From: an uncultured Gemmatimonadales bacterium
GTDB taxonomy: Bacteria; Gemmatimonadota; Gemmatimonadetes; Gemmatimonadales; GWC2-71-9
Assembly (NCBI GenBank): GCA_963739455.1
Contig: CAVUAK010000001.1
Span: 1,280,001 to 1,344,000, forward strand
Direction: 5' to 3'
DNA: 64,000 nucleotides
In this document: piece by piece, positions 18,556-28,644 of the stretch
Position numbering within the stretch: the first letter of the stretch is position 1
Layout: every line of letters begins with the position of its first letter
Notes under the pieces: model-generated
What the model saw: only the letters and a program-made list of their open reading frames with translations
What the model was told of the DNA's origin: nothing
Database searches by the model: none
Position numbers and translations under genes: made by a program

Positions 18556-21177
18556 ATGCCTCGCTGCGTCGTCTTGGCGTTATCCGCCCTGGTCCTGGCC
18601 AGTTGCTCCGGCGACAACGGGCCGAACGAGCCACCCCGCCTCACATCCATCACTGTTTCCCCATCCAGCTCCAGTATCGGCGTTGGCCAGAGCCAGACGT
18701 TCACGGCGGAGGCGAGAGACCAGAATGGGCATGCCATGTCAGGTGTCACCTTCGCCTGGGCCTCATCGAACAGCGGCGTCGCCACGGTGAACAATGGAGT
18801 TGCGACGGGTGTTGCGGCCGGCACCACGAACATCACGGCGTCGAGCGGTAGCGTCACCAGCAGCCCGGCTGCCGTCACCGTCGTCATCGTTGCGGCGGGC
18901 AGGCTCGTCATTGAGAAGGCGTCGGTTTTCCTGAGTCAGGTTGGCCAGACGGCGCAGCTGACGGCGAAGCTCGTGGATGCGCAAGGTGCGGCCTCACCGG
19001 TCACCGCAACCTGGACGTCGAGTGCACCCGGGGAAGTGTCGATCGATGCCTCTGGCCAGCTGACGGCCAGGGCCATCGGCTCGGCGGTAATCGTGGCGGA
19101 AGCCAACGGAATCCGGTCGATCCCCGCGCTGGTGACCGTCGCCGAGCCGCAAGCCGGCGCGCTGGTCGTGAGCGACGCGCAGGTGGTGTCCGTGGGTCCG
19201 CTGCAGAATGGCCCGGGCGGCACACCCGGCGTCGGAAGCACATATGAGGTGGTAATCCAGGGGAGCGTGGGCGCGCCGGCACCGGGAACCGTCGTGCTGG
19301 CCGGCGAAACGGCACCGGTTGCCGGAACGGTCGTCAGCACCGCGACAGGTTCTACCGGGCTGGTGGTGACGCTCCGGCTGGTACCGTTGCCGGAACTGCT
19401 GAGGAACTACGACATCTCCTTTGCGATCGACCTTGCGACCGTCCCGGCGGTCGCGGTGACGCCGCAGGCGTTGCAGCGGACGCTGGCGCAATCGTGGAAT
19501 GCGATGCGACTCGGCGGGCCTCGGGCGCAGAGCGCACGTCTCGACGACCTGGAGCCATTCAGGGCCTTCGACTGCGACGGAGAGATAAAGCCGAAGCTGG
19601 TCAGCGCGGAGGTCGGCATGACGCTGACAAACCGGTTGACGCTCGTGCTCGATGACCGGCCCGGATACAGCAAGCATGCGCTCGAGGGAACAGCGAGCCT
19701 CACCGGCGGCGCCAGCCTCAAGCTCCAGGCGGGCTTCAATGCGAAGGGGAAGTGCCAGGCCCAGGCCCAGCTCCGCTTTCCGGTGCTCGGATGGGTCAGT
19801 GTGCTGATCATGCCGGCGGTGCGTTTCGGGGTCGGCGCTGCGCTCGACGGTGAGGTCCGGGTGGTGCAGGGGGAGCTTGCCGTGGACGGCACGGTGGGCT
19901 TGACGGCGAAGCTCGGATGGGAATGCGGCGGTGCGACACCCAGCTGCCAGGGACTGGATGATGTCACCGGCATTCGGGAGCTGAAGAGCAAGTCCAGGAT
20001 CCCGTCGGAGAATGACATGGAGGCGAAGATCTCGGGACAGTTCTACGCCGTGGCGGGACTGGACGCATCACTGCTCCTGGGTGTAGCCAACGCCGAGATC
20101 GTGGAAGCGAGAGTGGGGCCCAAGCAATCCTTCACGCTCGCGTTCGAGGAGGACCAGGCGGCGCGGTCAGATTTCGCCGCCAACTACGATCTCAAGCTGG
20201 AAGGCGTGGTTGAACCTGGCAGCGCGCTGCAGAAGGCACTGGAGCAGGTGCTGCCCGGTGGCTTGACCGTGGCCCTCGGCGCGGAGTTCTCCAACGACAT
20301 CTCGGAGTCTCCCAAGGGCACCCTGTCGATCAGCACCCAGAGGGTGCGACCGGACGCGCCGGTGGACTTCACCGTGGACTTCTCGCCCGCATCATCCATC
20401 TCCTACTTCCTGCTGGGAGACAACGTCACCGGGGTCGAGCTGTGGCGGAAGCGCGAGGACGAGCTCGCGTTCACCCGGTGGAAGGCGATGGACCGGATCG
20501 CCAGCAACCGGGCGACCTATCGATGGGTACCGGTCGAGGCGGACGCCGGCAAGTACGAGTTCGCCGCGTTCGTGAACACCCAGCTGGTGACGCCGCTGCT
20601 GGAGGTCGCGGCGAACTCGATCAAGCCGCTGGAGGTGGCGTGCTTCTCGGGCAGCGTGGCATCGGGTGTCAGGACCGCGGCACTGCAGCCGCCGGTCTGC
20701 GTCGACCAGTGGATCGGGACGTCGAGCTTCACGGCCCAGACGCCGGGGTTGCCGGGCGACAACATCGCGACCAGGTCGAACATCACCTGGACATATGACC
20801 CCACACAGAGCTCGGCCACTGTTACCGCCTACAAGCCCAGCGGCACGTTCGAGCTGTCGTTCAGTTCCTCGAACGGATGCACCTTTGTGCTGTCTCCCAG
20901 CACGTTCAGCATTGCCCCGGATCTCCTGTCATTCGGCCTGATGACGATCATCAACACCGGGGTGACTCCCCCGACCTACTCGATGGTGGGCTCGCAATTG
21001 GTGGATTTCACGACGACTGCGTACTGCCCCGGCAATGACCCCGTCATCACGCCCTTTCAGGGCTTCAATGTCAGCTACGTCAGCGGCACGGGTGACTATG
21101 CGCCCGGCCAGGCCAGGCTGAATGGTTCATTCAATGACGGCGCAATCGTAAGCATCTGGGACTTCAGCAGGCCCTGA
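18556..21177 (+). CDS. Large lipoprotein with two N-terminal Ig-like (Big_2) domains and an uncharacterised body
   Basis: GGAGG RBS, lipobox LASC, ITVSP...TFAWASSNSGVATV and TWTSSAPGEVSIDASG repeats. Confidence 0.8.
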   Translation: MPRCVVLALSALVLASCSGDNGPNEPPRLTSITVSPSSSSIGVGQSQTFTAEARDQNGHAMSGVTFAWASSNSGVATVNNGVATGVAAGTTNITASSGSVTSSPAAVTVVIVAAGRLVIEKASVFLSQVGQTAQLTAKLVDAQGAASPVTATWTSSAPGEVSIDASGQLTARAIGSAVIVAEANGIRSIPALVTVAEPQAGALVVSDAQVVSVGPLQNGPGGTPGVGSTYEVVIQGSVGAPAPGTVVLAGETAPVAGTVVSTATGSTGLVVTLRLVPLPELLRNYDISFAIDLATVPAVAVTPQALQRTLAQSWNAMRLGGPRAQSARLDDLEPFRAFDCDGEIKPKLVSAEVGMTLTNRLTLVLDDRPGYSKHALEGTASLTGGASLKLQAGFNAKGKCQAQAQLRFPVLGWVSVLIMPAVRFGVGAALDGEVRVVQGELAVDGTVGLTAKLGWECGGATPSCQGLDDVTGIRELKSKSRIPSENDMEAKISGQFYAVAGLDASLLLGVANAEIVEARVGPKQSFTLAFEEDQAARSDFAANYDLKLEGVVEPGSALQKALEQVLPGGLTVALGAEFSNDISESPKGTLSISTQRVRPDAPVDFTVDFSPASSISYFLLGDNVTGVELWRKREDELAFTRWKAMDRIASNRATYRWVPVEADAGKYEFAAFVNTQLVTPLLEVAANSIKPLEVACFSGSVASGVRTAALQPPVCVDQWIGTSSFTAQTPGLPGDNIATRSNITWTYDPTQSSATVTAYKPSGTFELSFSSSNGCTFVLSPSTFSIAPDLLSFGLMTIINTGVTPPTYSMVGSQLVDFTTTAYCPGNDPVITPFQGFNVSYVSGTGDYAPGQARLNGSFNDGAIVSIWDFSRP

Positions 21178-21261
21178 GCACGGAGGACTCGAGGCGCTCT
21201 TGCACCGCCGATTCGTTCAGGTCGCGGAAACTTGTTCGCAATCCAACCTCGTACAGAGGCG

Positions 21262-22596
21262 GTGACTCTCCCTGCCATAATCTTCACGGTGGTACTGGCG
21301 TTCGGCGCCGGCTCGCTCGCTGCGCAGCAATCCGATACTGCGCCGGGCACGCTGCAGGAGGTGGTGGTGAGTGCCACCGACACGACGCAGCGCTTCGCCT
21401 TCTTCTACCCGACCGGCTACGACAGCACGAAGAGCTGGCCGGTGCTCTTCGCGATGGATCCGCGAGCGCAGGCGCTGTCGCCGCTCAAGCGCCTGCGGAC
21501 GGCGGCGGACCGGTATGGCTACGTCATCGTCAGCAGCTACCGCACCCAGAGTGATTCGGCTCCCAACCCCAACGAGGCGGCATTCTCCGCGATGTACGCC
21601 GAGTCCAGGCGCCGGGTCCGGATGGACCTGCATCGCATGTACCTGGTGGGATTCTCGGGAACGGCGCGGGACGCGTGGGTGTTCGCGTACCGGCTCGTGG
21701 GCCATGCGGCGGGGATCCTGGGTGCCGGGGCCGGCCTGGCGAGCAAGTGGACACTGGTCGATCCACCGACCGGGGGCCCGGCGCCGGTGTTCTTCGGAAC
21801 CATCGGCAACTCCGACTTCAACTACGAAGAGGTCATCGGGATCGACTCGGTGCTGGACCGCACCACCGTGCGCCACCACGTGGCGGTGTTCAGTGGTCCC
21901 CACAGCTGGCCGCCCGACGGGCTGATGCTCGAGGGAGTGGAGTGGTTCGACCTGCAGGCGATGCGCACCGGGATCAAGCCGACGGACCGCGCGTGGGTCG
22001 ACTCGCTGTACGCGGCACGGGTCGAACTGGGGCGAACCCTGGAGGCGGCGGGCGACTCGTTCGCGGCGTGGCAGCGGCATCGCCTGACCGTGGGCGACTT
22101 CGACGGGATCCACGAGACGTCGGCCGCCCTGGAGCAGGCGGCGCGGCTGCAGCGCACCCAACCGGTGCAGGCGGCGCTCAAGCAGCAGCGCAAGAATGTG
22201 AACCTGTCCGGCGAGTACCTCGCCGTGGTGCGGCAGTACGTGGCGAAGGTGAGGGCATCGAGCGAGCCGCCCGGGGTGGAGAGCTCGCTCAAGGAACTCA
22301 GGATCAGCCAACTCAAGCGGGAGGTGGAGACCGGGACGGACACGCTCACGGTGCAGGCGGTGCGCCGTCTCCTGTCGTATGCGTTCCTCGTGCTCGCGTC
22401 GTACGAATCGAGCGATGCGTTCCGGGACAACAACCCGGCCCGAGCGCTGGCCCTGCTCGATGTGGCCGATGTGATCCGGCCCGGTTCGTCGAGCGTGTGT
22501 GCCAGGCGAAAGCGGGCGATGGGGATGCTGGGCCGGGACACATCGGAGGCGGCTGCGCCGTGTCCGGCAGCCCCTCGGCTCAAGTCGGGAAGTTGA
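21262..22596 (+). CDS. Exported alpha/beta-hydrolase-like (esterase/phospholipase) with helical C-terminus
   Basis: Signal peptide, YPTGYD...WPVLF, YLVGFSGTA nucleophile elbow, G..D and FSGPHSWPP. Start uncertain. Confidence 0.7.
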   Translation: MTLPAIIFTVVLAFGAGSLAAQQSDTAPGTLQEVVVSATDTTQRFAFFYPTGYDSTKSWPVLFAMDPRAQALSPLKRLRTAADRYGYVIVSSYRTQSDSAPNPNEAAFSAMYAESRRRVRMDLHRMYLVGFSGTARDAWVFAYRLVGHAAGILGAGAGLASKWTLVDPPTGGPAPVFFGTIGNSDFNYEEVIGIDSVLDRTTVRHHVAVFSGPHSWPPDGLMLEGVEWFDLQAMRTGIKPTDRAWVDSLYAARVELGRTLEAAGDSFAAWQRHRLTVGDFDGIHETSAALEQAARLQRTQPVQAALKQQRKNVNLSGEYLAVVRQYVAKVRASSEPPGVESSLKELRISQLKREVETGTDTLTVQAVRRLLSYAFLVLASYESSDAFRDNNPARALALLDVADVIRPGSSSVCARRKRAMGMLGRDTSEAAAPCPAAPRLKSGS

Positions 22597-24943
22597 GCCG
22601 CCTCAGCAACGACTGGAACCGCAGCTCCGACCGCAGCGGCTTCCAGATTGGATCCACATTCAGCCAGAACACCTGCTGGGAATTGGTGGCGTAAGCCTGT
22701 TCGAGGTAATCGAGTGCGCGCGCGCGGTCGCCGAGGCCGAGATTGACGAGTGCCATGTTGAACGGGGCCACTTCGCCGCGTGGCGACAGGCTCTTGAGTT
22801 CCCCGAGCGCGGCCATCGCACGGGCGCGGTCGCCGGCCATGCCATAGGCGTACGCCACATAGGCGGTGATGTACGGTGCCGCACCAAGAGCCCGCGCCCG
22901 CTCCAACTTGGCGATAGCCCCGGGATAGTCCTCCGCGTAGAGTGCAAATAACCCTTCCTGAAACACCGGGAAGTAGTACGCCGGGTCGAGTTCGGTCGCC
23001 CTCCGGGTGAGCTCCAGCGCCTGTGCTGTCTTTCCCGCGTACCCGTACACCCCGGCCGCATCGTCCAGGTTGGCCGGCGAGAGCGGATCCAGCGCGATGG
23101 CCCGCTGGCCCTCGGCGATCGCCTCGTCGAAGCGCCCGAGGCTCGCCAGCAACAGACCGAGCTGGTCGTGGGCAAAGCCATAACTCGGATTGAGGGCGAG
23201 TGCTCGCCGAAGGTCTCGCTCGCCCCCCTCCCAGTCGAACTCGAACCATGCCTTGTACACACCCAGCGAGGTGTGAGCTTCCGCTGACATGCTGTCGAGT
23301 TGCACCGCCCGTTCAGCCGCGGCCCTGGCGAGCGGCTTCGCATCGAGGACGCTGATGAAACCCTCGTTGAAGGCGGCCCAGGTATAGGCATCTGACAGCC
23401 CGGAATACGCCAGGGCCAAAGTCCGGACTCAGCCTGATGGCCTTGTTGAACTGCGCGATGGCCTTCTGCAGGTTCTCGTCGCTCGGCCGATTGAAGAAGA
23501 AGCGCCCCTTGAGGTAGGCGTCGTGGGCCGCGGGGTCCACGGTCGGCGCCGCCGAGAGGCGGGACTGCTCCCCCGGCGTCAGTTGCACGTTGATGGCACT
23601 GGCAATGGCCGACGCCAGCTCGGCCTGGAGCGCCAGCACGTCGCTCGACTGGCGCTCGAAGGTCTGGGCCCAGAGATGCTTGTCGGCCCGGGCATCGATG
23701 AGCTGGGCGGTGATCCGCACCCGGTCGCCCGACCGGTTCACCGATCCCTCGACGATGGCATCCACGTCGAGCAGCTTCGCGATCTCCGGCGTCGCCGGGC
23801 GATTCCTCCCCTTGAACTGCATGGCCGACCCGCGCGACGTGACCCGCAACTGGCTGATCATCGCGAGGTCGCTCGTCAGCTCGTCGGTCATTCCCTCGGC
23901 GAAATAGTCCTGGGTGGAGTCGGCGGAGTAGTTGTCGAGCGGCAGCACGGCAATCGAGCGAATGGTGCCCGCCGGCCCGGCCGCGGCCGGGGCGCCGCGC
24001 CGCCAGAGGAGGAACGCCGCGACGGCGAGGAGGAGCAGCCCGGCGGCCAGCGCCGGACCCTTCCATCGGGCACGAGCGGGCGGCGTCGACATGACCTGAG
24101 TATCGGCTGGTCCGCTCACGAGTGCGTCGGCGTACTCGCGCGCGGTGGCGAAGCGGTCCTCCGGCGCCTTGGCGAGTGCCCGCATCACGGCCGCATCGAC
24201 GGCCGCCGGAATGCCGTCGCGCAGCATGCGCAGCGACGTCGGACGTCTCGGTCATCAGCTTCGCGATGATGATCCGGGCCGATGCTCCCGTCACGGGCGG
24301 CTCGCCCGCGAGCATCTCGTACGTCACGGCGCCCAGGGCGTAGATGTCGCTCCGGGCATCGATGTGGCGCTCGCCCGCGGCCTGCTCCGGGCTCATGTAG
24401 CTCGGCGTACCGAGCGAAAGCCCGGTGCCGGTGAGGCGGTCGCCGCCGGCCTCGCTCACGGCCAGCGCGATGCCGAAGTCGGTGAGGAACGCCTCACCCT
24501 CGTGGAGCAGGATGTTCTCGGGCTTGATGTCGCGGTGGATCACGCCCTGGCGATGGGCGTAGTCCAGCGCCGAGGCGACCTGCTTCGTGATGTCGAGTGC
24601 GTCCTTGAGGCTCGAGCTGCCGTTCCCGCGTGATCCTGGCGCGCAGGGATTCGCCGCGCACGAAGGGCATGACGTAGAAGAGGGTGCCGTTGACGTCGCC
24701 CGAATCGATCAGGGTCAGGATGTGGGGATGGTCCAGCCGGGCGGTGATCTTCACTTCCGCGAGGAAGCGTTCGGCGCCCAGCGCGGCGGCGAGCTCGGGG
24801 CGGAGGACCTTGATGGCGACGTCGCGATCGTGCCGGAGGTCGCGGGCGAGGTAGACGGTGGCCATGCCGCCGGCGCCGAGTTCGCGCTCGATGCGGTAGC
24901 GTCCGGTCAGGGCCGCGGCGACGCGGTCGATGGCCTCGGTCAC
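22580..24943 (-). CDS. Ser/Thr protein kinase with TM, TolB-N-like and TPR domains (several indels)
   Basis: GAGGMATVY, VAIK, HRDIKPEN, DFG, YMSPEQ, then SIAVLPL..DYFAEGMTDEL and TPRs across four frame segments. Confidence 0.9.
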
Positions 24944-25022
24944 TATTCCCACCTTCCGCTCGATTGAAGGGTCTGGAGCAGTCCGGTGGGAATAGTAAGG
25001 CCGCGGCACGTCGGGCTGGTTG

Positions 25023-25469
25023 CTAGCCCAGTGTCAGCGTCTCGTCGAGCACGCGCACGGCGTCGGTCCACCCGCCGCGATGTCCCTCCAGCGCCTTGGG
25101 AGTGAGGCCCTGGTGCGTCAGGACCAGCTCGGTGCCCGTGCCCGTCTCGAGAAACTCGATGGTGACGGTGGTCGGCTTGTGGTCCGTGCCCTTCGAGATC
25201 CAGGTGAACGCCAGCATCGAGGGTGGCTCGATGGCGAGGTACTCGCCCTGGTGGTCGAAGTCCTCTCCGTCGGGTCCGTGCATGAGGATGCGGAAGCTGC
25301 CGCCGACCCGGGGCTCGAGAGTGACGGTGGAATGGGAGACCTTTCCCGGGCGCATCCAGTGAGCCATGGCCTCGGAGTCGAGCCAGGCGTCGAAGACGTT
25401 CTGGCGCGGTACGGCGATGTGGCGGCGCACCACGAGTACCGGTGCGGCGACGCTGTCGATGGCGGTCAT
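25023..25469 (-). CDS. SRPBCC/AHSA1 domain protein
   Basis: VFDAW, VGGSFRILM, GEYLAIEPP.LAFTW, TELVLTH, GW; ATGA overlap with upstream ArsR. Confidence 0.9.
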   Translation of the reverse strand: MTAIDSVAAPVLVVRRHIAVPRQNVFDAWLDSEAMAHWMRPGKVSHSTVTLEPRVGGSFRILMHGPDGEDFDHQGEYLAIEPPSMLAFTWISKGTDHKPTTVTIEFLETGTGTELVLTHQGLTPKALEGHRGGWTDAVRVLDETLTLG

Positions 25470-25823
25470 GAGTGGTTCTCCTTCTTGAGCAGGTGTTCTT
25501 CCAGTGCTGCCAGCCGTTCGTTCCAGAACCGGCGGTAGTGCTCCAGCCACGTCGGCGGCCTCGCCGAGCGGTTCGGCGTTGAGGCGGAGCCGGTGTTCCC
25601 GGCCGAGGATGGTGCGCTTCACCAGGCCGGCCCGCTCCAGGACCTTCACATGTTTTGAGACCCCGTTGAGCGAAATGGGGAACCGTTCCGCCAGGCTTCC
25701 CACGTTCGCCTCCCCCTCGGCGAGGATCCCCAGGATCTGCCGGCGGGTCGGATCTGCAATGGCATCATAGACTTGGTCCAGCATGGCCCTCTCCGGAATC
25801 TTCAGGGTATTGCGCTCAACCAT
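25466..25823 (-). CDS. ArsR/SmtB family regulator (one indel near 25550; fused to SRPBCC in the ORF track)
   Basis: AIADPTRRQIL, SKHVKVLERAGLV; true C-terminus WLEHYRRFWNERLAALEEHL is in another frame, ending TGA 25466. Confidence 0.88.
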
Positions 25824-25856
25824 CTGGTTGAATAATATAATCAACCGAACGGTAGA
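25816..25856. promoter_or_regulatory. Two TCAACC-N4-GGT(T/A)GA inverted-repeat boxes between divergent arsR and DUF899 genes
   Basis: TCAACCATCTGGTTGA 25816-25831 and TCAACCGAACGGTAGA 25841-25856 flank an AT-rich core. Confidence 0.75.
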
Positions 25857-25907
25857 ATGTTAGAGATGGGGAGTGCGAAAGCGCAACTCACAAAAGAGGA
25901 GGATGGT

Positions 25908-26628
25908 ATGGCAACGGAGATGAGCGCGGTCCAGGCCCCCGACGTGGTGTCCCATAAGGAGTGGGTCAGCCGGCGGGCGGCGTTCCTCAAGAAGGAGAAG
26001 GAGTTCACCCGGCTCCGGGACGAGCTGACGCGGGAGCGGAGTGAGCTGCCGTGGGAAGAGGTGACGAAGTCGTATGTGTTCGAGGGACCCATGGGCAAGA
26101 AGACGCTGGCCGAGCTGTTCGGGAACAAGAGGCAGCTGATCATCTACCACTTCATGTTCGACCCGTCGTGGGAGAACGGGTGCAAGAGCTGCTCGTTCGT
26201 GGCTGACAGCTTGGATGGCTCGACGGTGCACCTCGGTGCGCGGGATACGGCGTTCGCGGTGATCTCGCTGGCGCCGTTTCGAGAAGATCATGCGTTTCAA
26301 GCAGCGCATGGGGTGGAAGTTCCCCTGGCTGTCGTCGTTCGGCACGGAGTTCAACCACGACTTCCGGGTGACGACGGACGAGGTGCAGACGGAGTACAAC
26401 TACGCCGACGTCATGGCGCAGGAGGCTCGTCCATACAAGGGGGAGCGGGAAGGGCTGAGCGTGTTCGTGCGGGATGGTGAGCGGGTGTTCCACACCTACT
26501 CGACGTACCAGCGGGGGCTGGACCTGCTGCTGAACACGTACAACCTGCTGGACATGACGCCGAGCGGGCGGAATGAGGCAGCGGGGATCATGTCGTGGGT
26601 GAAGTACCACGACCAGTACGAGGGCTGA
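25908..26628 (+). CDS. DUF899 thioredoxin-like protein (one indel near 26280)
   Basis: KEKEFTRLRDEL, QLIIYHFMF, GCKSCS, MGWKFPWLSS, HTYSTY.RG, LLDMTP.GRNE. Confidence 0.9.
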
Positions 26629-26639
26629 GGGGTGCCGGG

Positions 26640-26990
26640 GATGCAGCATCACGGCGGGCATCTGGGCGCTGTTGCGTGCCTTGGGATGTGCTTGGCGATG
26701 ATGGTGCCGATGATGCTGCCAGCCCTGGTGCCGATGCTGTTGCGGTATCGTCGGGGCCTTGCGCGAGGCGGGGGAGATGGGAAGCGTACGGGCTGACGGG
26801 GCTGGTGATGGCGGGCTACTTCGCGGTCTGGGCCGTGATTGGAGTGGGGGTGTGGGCGGGGGGGGGTCGGGTTGATGGCGGCGGACGAGAGGTGGGGAGG
26901 CGTGGGGGAGTGGAGGAAAGTTGGGGTGGGGGTGGTGCTGGCGGGTGTGGTGCAACTCAGTAAGTGGAAGGCGAGCTGCGCCCAACTGGG
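26640..26990 (+). pseudogene. Truncated/degraded DUF2182 metal-binding membrane protein
   Basis: AMMVPMMLP, AGYFAVWA and LAGVVQLSKWKASC segments in different frames. Usual neighbour of DUF899; C-terminal half absent. Confidence 0.65.
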
Positions 26991-27028
26991 TCAGGAGGTT
27001 GCGCAGGGTGGCCATGTCTGCGGGCGAT

Positions 27029-28502
27029 CTACTGGACCCGTAACGACCTGCCGAGGCCTCGCAATCGTTGCAGCAGGCGGACGGTGGCCCACGTATCTCG
27101 CTCGCAATAGTCTAGCAGATCTTGGCGCAGCTGACCCCGTTCCGCCACCGAGATCTTGTGCGCCACGAAGAGCAGGCGTGCGATCTCCACACTTGCAAGC
27201 AACCCGTCCACGATCACCAAGTCATTGTAGGTGAGGTCAGGGACCAGTGGTGTCAGGATGTACTTCAGGCTGAAACTGCCGCGAAAGTCGGGATGGTAAA
27301 TGTTGTTCCGCACCACGGGCAGCAGGTCCACCAGTTTCTCCAACAGCTCCTCGAGCGGCTCGGCAAGGTCAGGCACCAACGCCTGCAGCTCTCGGATCCG
27401 CGTCTTCTCATAGGCGGAATAGGTGACGATTCGCCGGGCACCCGCTGTTGCCGCTATCATTGCCTCGGCCAGTTCTCGGCGCGGATCATCGGGCCCTTCC
27501 GCCAGCCAGCCAACGTGGCGGTAAGTGCCATCGGGCAGCTCCTCGTGATAGCTGAACTGCGCAATGGCCGGCATCCAGGGAGACAGTCCCTCCCATACCG
27601 GAATGGCCCTTCCCACCGTTTCGAAGTCCAGAAACCCCAAGGGGCTCTCGAACAGCTCCAGCGCCTTTGCCAGACCCGGCTCCACCACCAGCTCTCCCGC
27701 CTTCAACGAGCGGATCTGTCTCTGCGCCGTCGCCGATAGTTTTGTGCCTAAGGGGATGTCCTGAATTCGGTGAATGCCACTCTGGAGATAGCTCGCGGTT
27801 GTCTTTGGCCCACACAGGTAGAGCGTCGAAATGTGTTCCGGGTCGTCGGGCCAGCAGCGATCGTGAAACGCGCAGTTTCGAGGTTCAAAGCAATGGAGCC
27901 CGATGGCCCGCTCAGGACGCGGACCGGCAATCATCTGCAGCTGCTGCGCGATAAGCCCAGGCACGAGTGGCAGGAAAGCGTCGACCAGGTCCGTCACATC
28001 CTCACGCACCAACAGGGGCCCGTGCTCGGGATGCCGGTAGTCCTTGTTGAGATGCATGATCTCGACGGTCTTGATCGCCAGCCCCGACTCACGGAGCACC
28101 CAGGTCTGGATGGCAGCGTCGGGGATGTGTTCTTCCTTGGTGGACGAGGAGGACTTGACCTCGATCAGGGTGTAACCACCCTCAATGCGCATCAGCACAT
28201 CAACTGCGACGAAGACGTCCCCCGCGAGAAAGCTGGCCTCGAAGATTGTCGGCGCGCCGGCATAAAGCGCTGCCTGCGTGGCAGCAACGCGCTCCTGAAC
28301 AGCGGTGTGCGGCAGGTCGATCAGCACACCACCGGGGAACTGCCTGCCTGGCGAGCCGGCCAACCTCCTCTCCCTGGTCGAATCGGTCCTGTAGCACCCT
28401 GTCGGGTTGCAGCTCGGGGGCACTTGGCTCGTGGACCTTCCACCAGAGCAGCTTGGGACACTGCCATCCGGCCACGAAGCGGGACTTCGAAAGGCGATTC
28501 AT
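27029..28502 (-). CDS. DUF2779 protein: Cas4/RecB-like PD-(D/E)xK nuclease plus RNase H-like DEDD domain (one extra base near 28344)
   Basis: LSKSRF..GWQCPKLLW; VDVL..LIEVKSS; HC-x5-C-x5-C; FLDFET; GSFSLK; YCERDT. Confidence 0.85.
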
Positions 28503-28510
28503 GAGCCTCG

Positions 28511-28532
28511 AATATGCTCGATCGATGTGACA
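28511..28532 (-). promoter_or_regulatory. PafBC-type promoter motif TGTCAC-N10-CATATT for DUF2779 gene
   Basis: 8 nt upstream of the ATG; motif recurs at other promoters in the region. Confidence 0.65.
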
Positions 28533-28555
28533 TTGGGATAGTCAGAAGAGGTCCG

Positions 28556-28571
28556 TAGGACGATCGTCCTA
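28556..28571. promoter_or_regulatory. Perfect 16-bp palindrome TAGGACGATCGTCCTA between divergent promoters
   Basis: Read directly; centred between the two PafBC-type motifs. Confidence 0.55.
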
Positions 28572-28595
28572 TATATGGGTGCGGGCCAGGTCCAT

Positions 28596-28617
28596 TGTCG
28601 CACCGCCTAAGTAGACT
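28596..28617 (+). promoter_or_regulatory. PafBC-type promoter motif TGTCGC-N10-TAGACT for PLD-helicase gene
   Basis: One mismatch from mycobacterial TGTCGG-N10-TANNNT; 27 nt upstream of the start. Confidence 0.7.
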
Positions 28618-28644
28618 TCGCGGTCCCCTTCCTCACGGTTCCGA

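Noticed and set aside
25023..25844. 273-aa ArsR-SRPBCC fusion in the ORF track
   Set aside because: An indel artefact: the ArsR C-terminus and an ATGA stop/start overlap exist in another frame.
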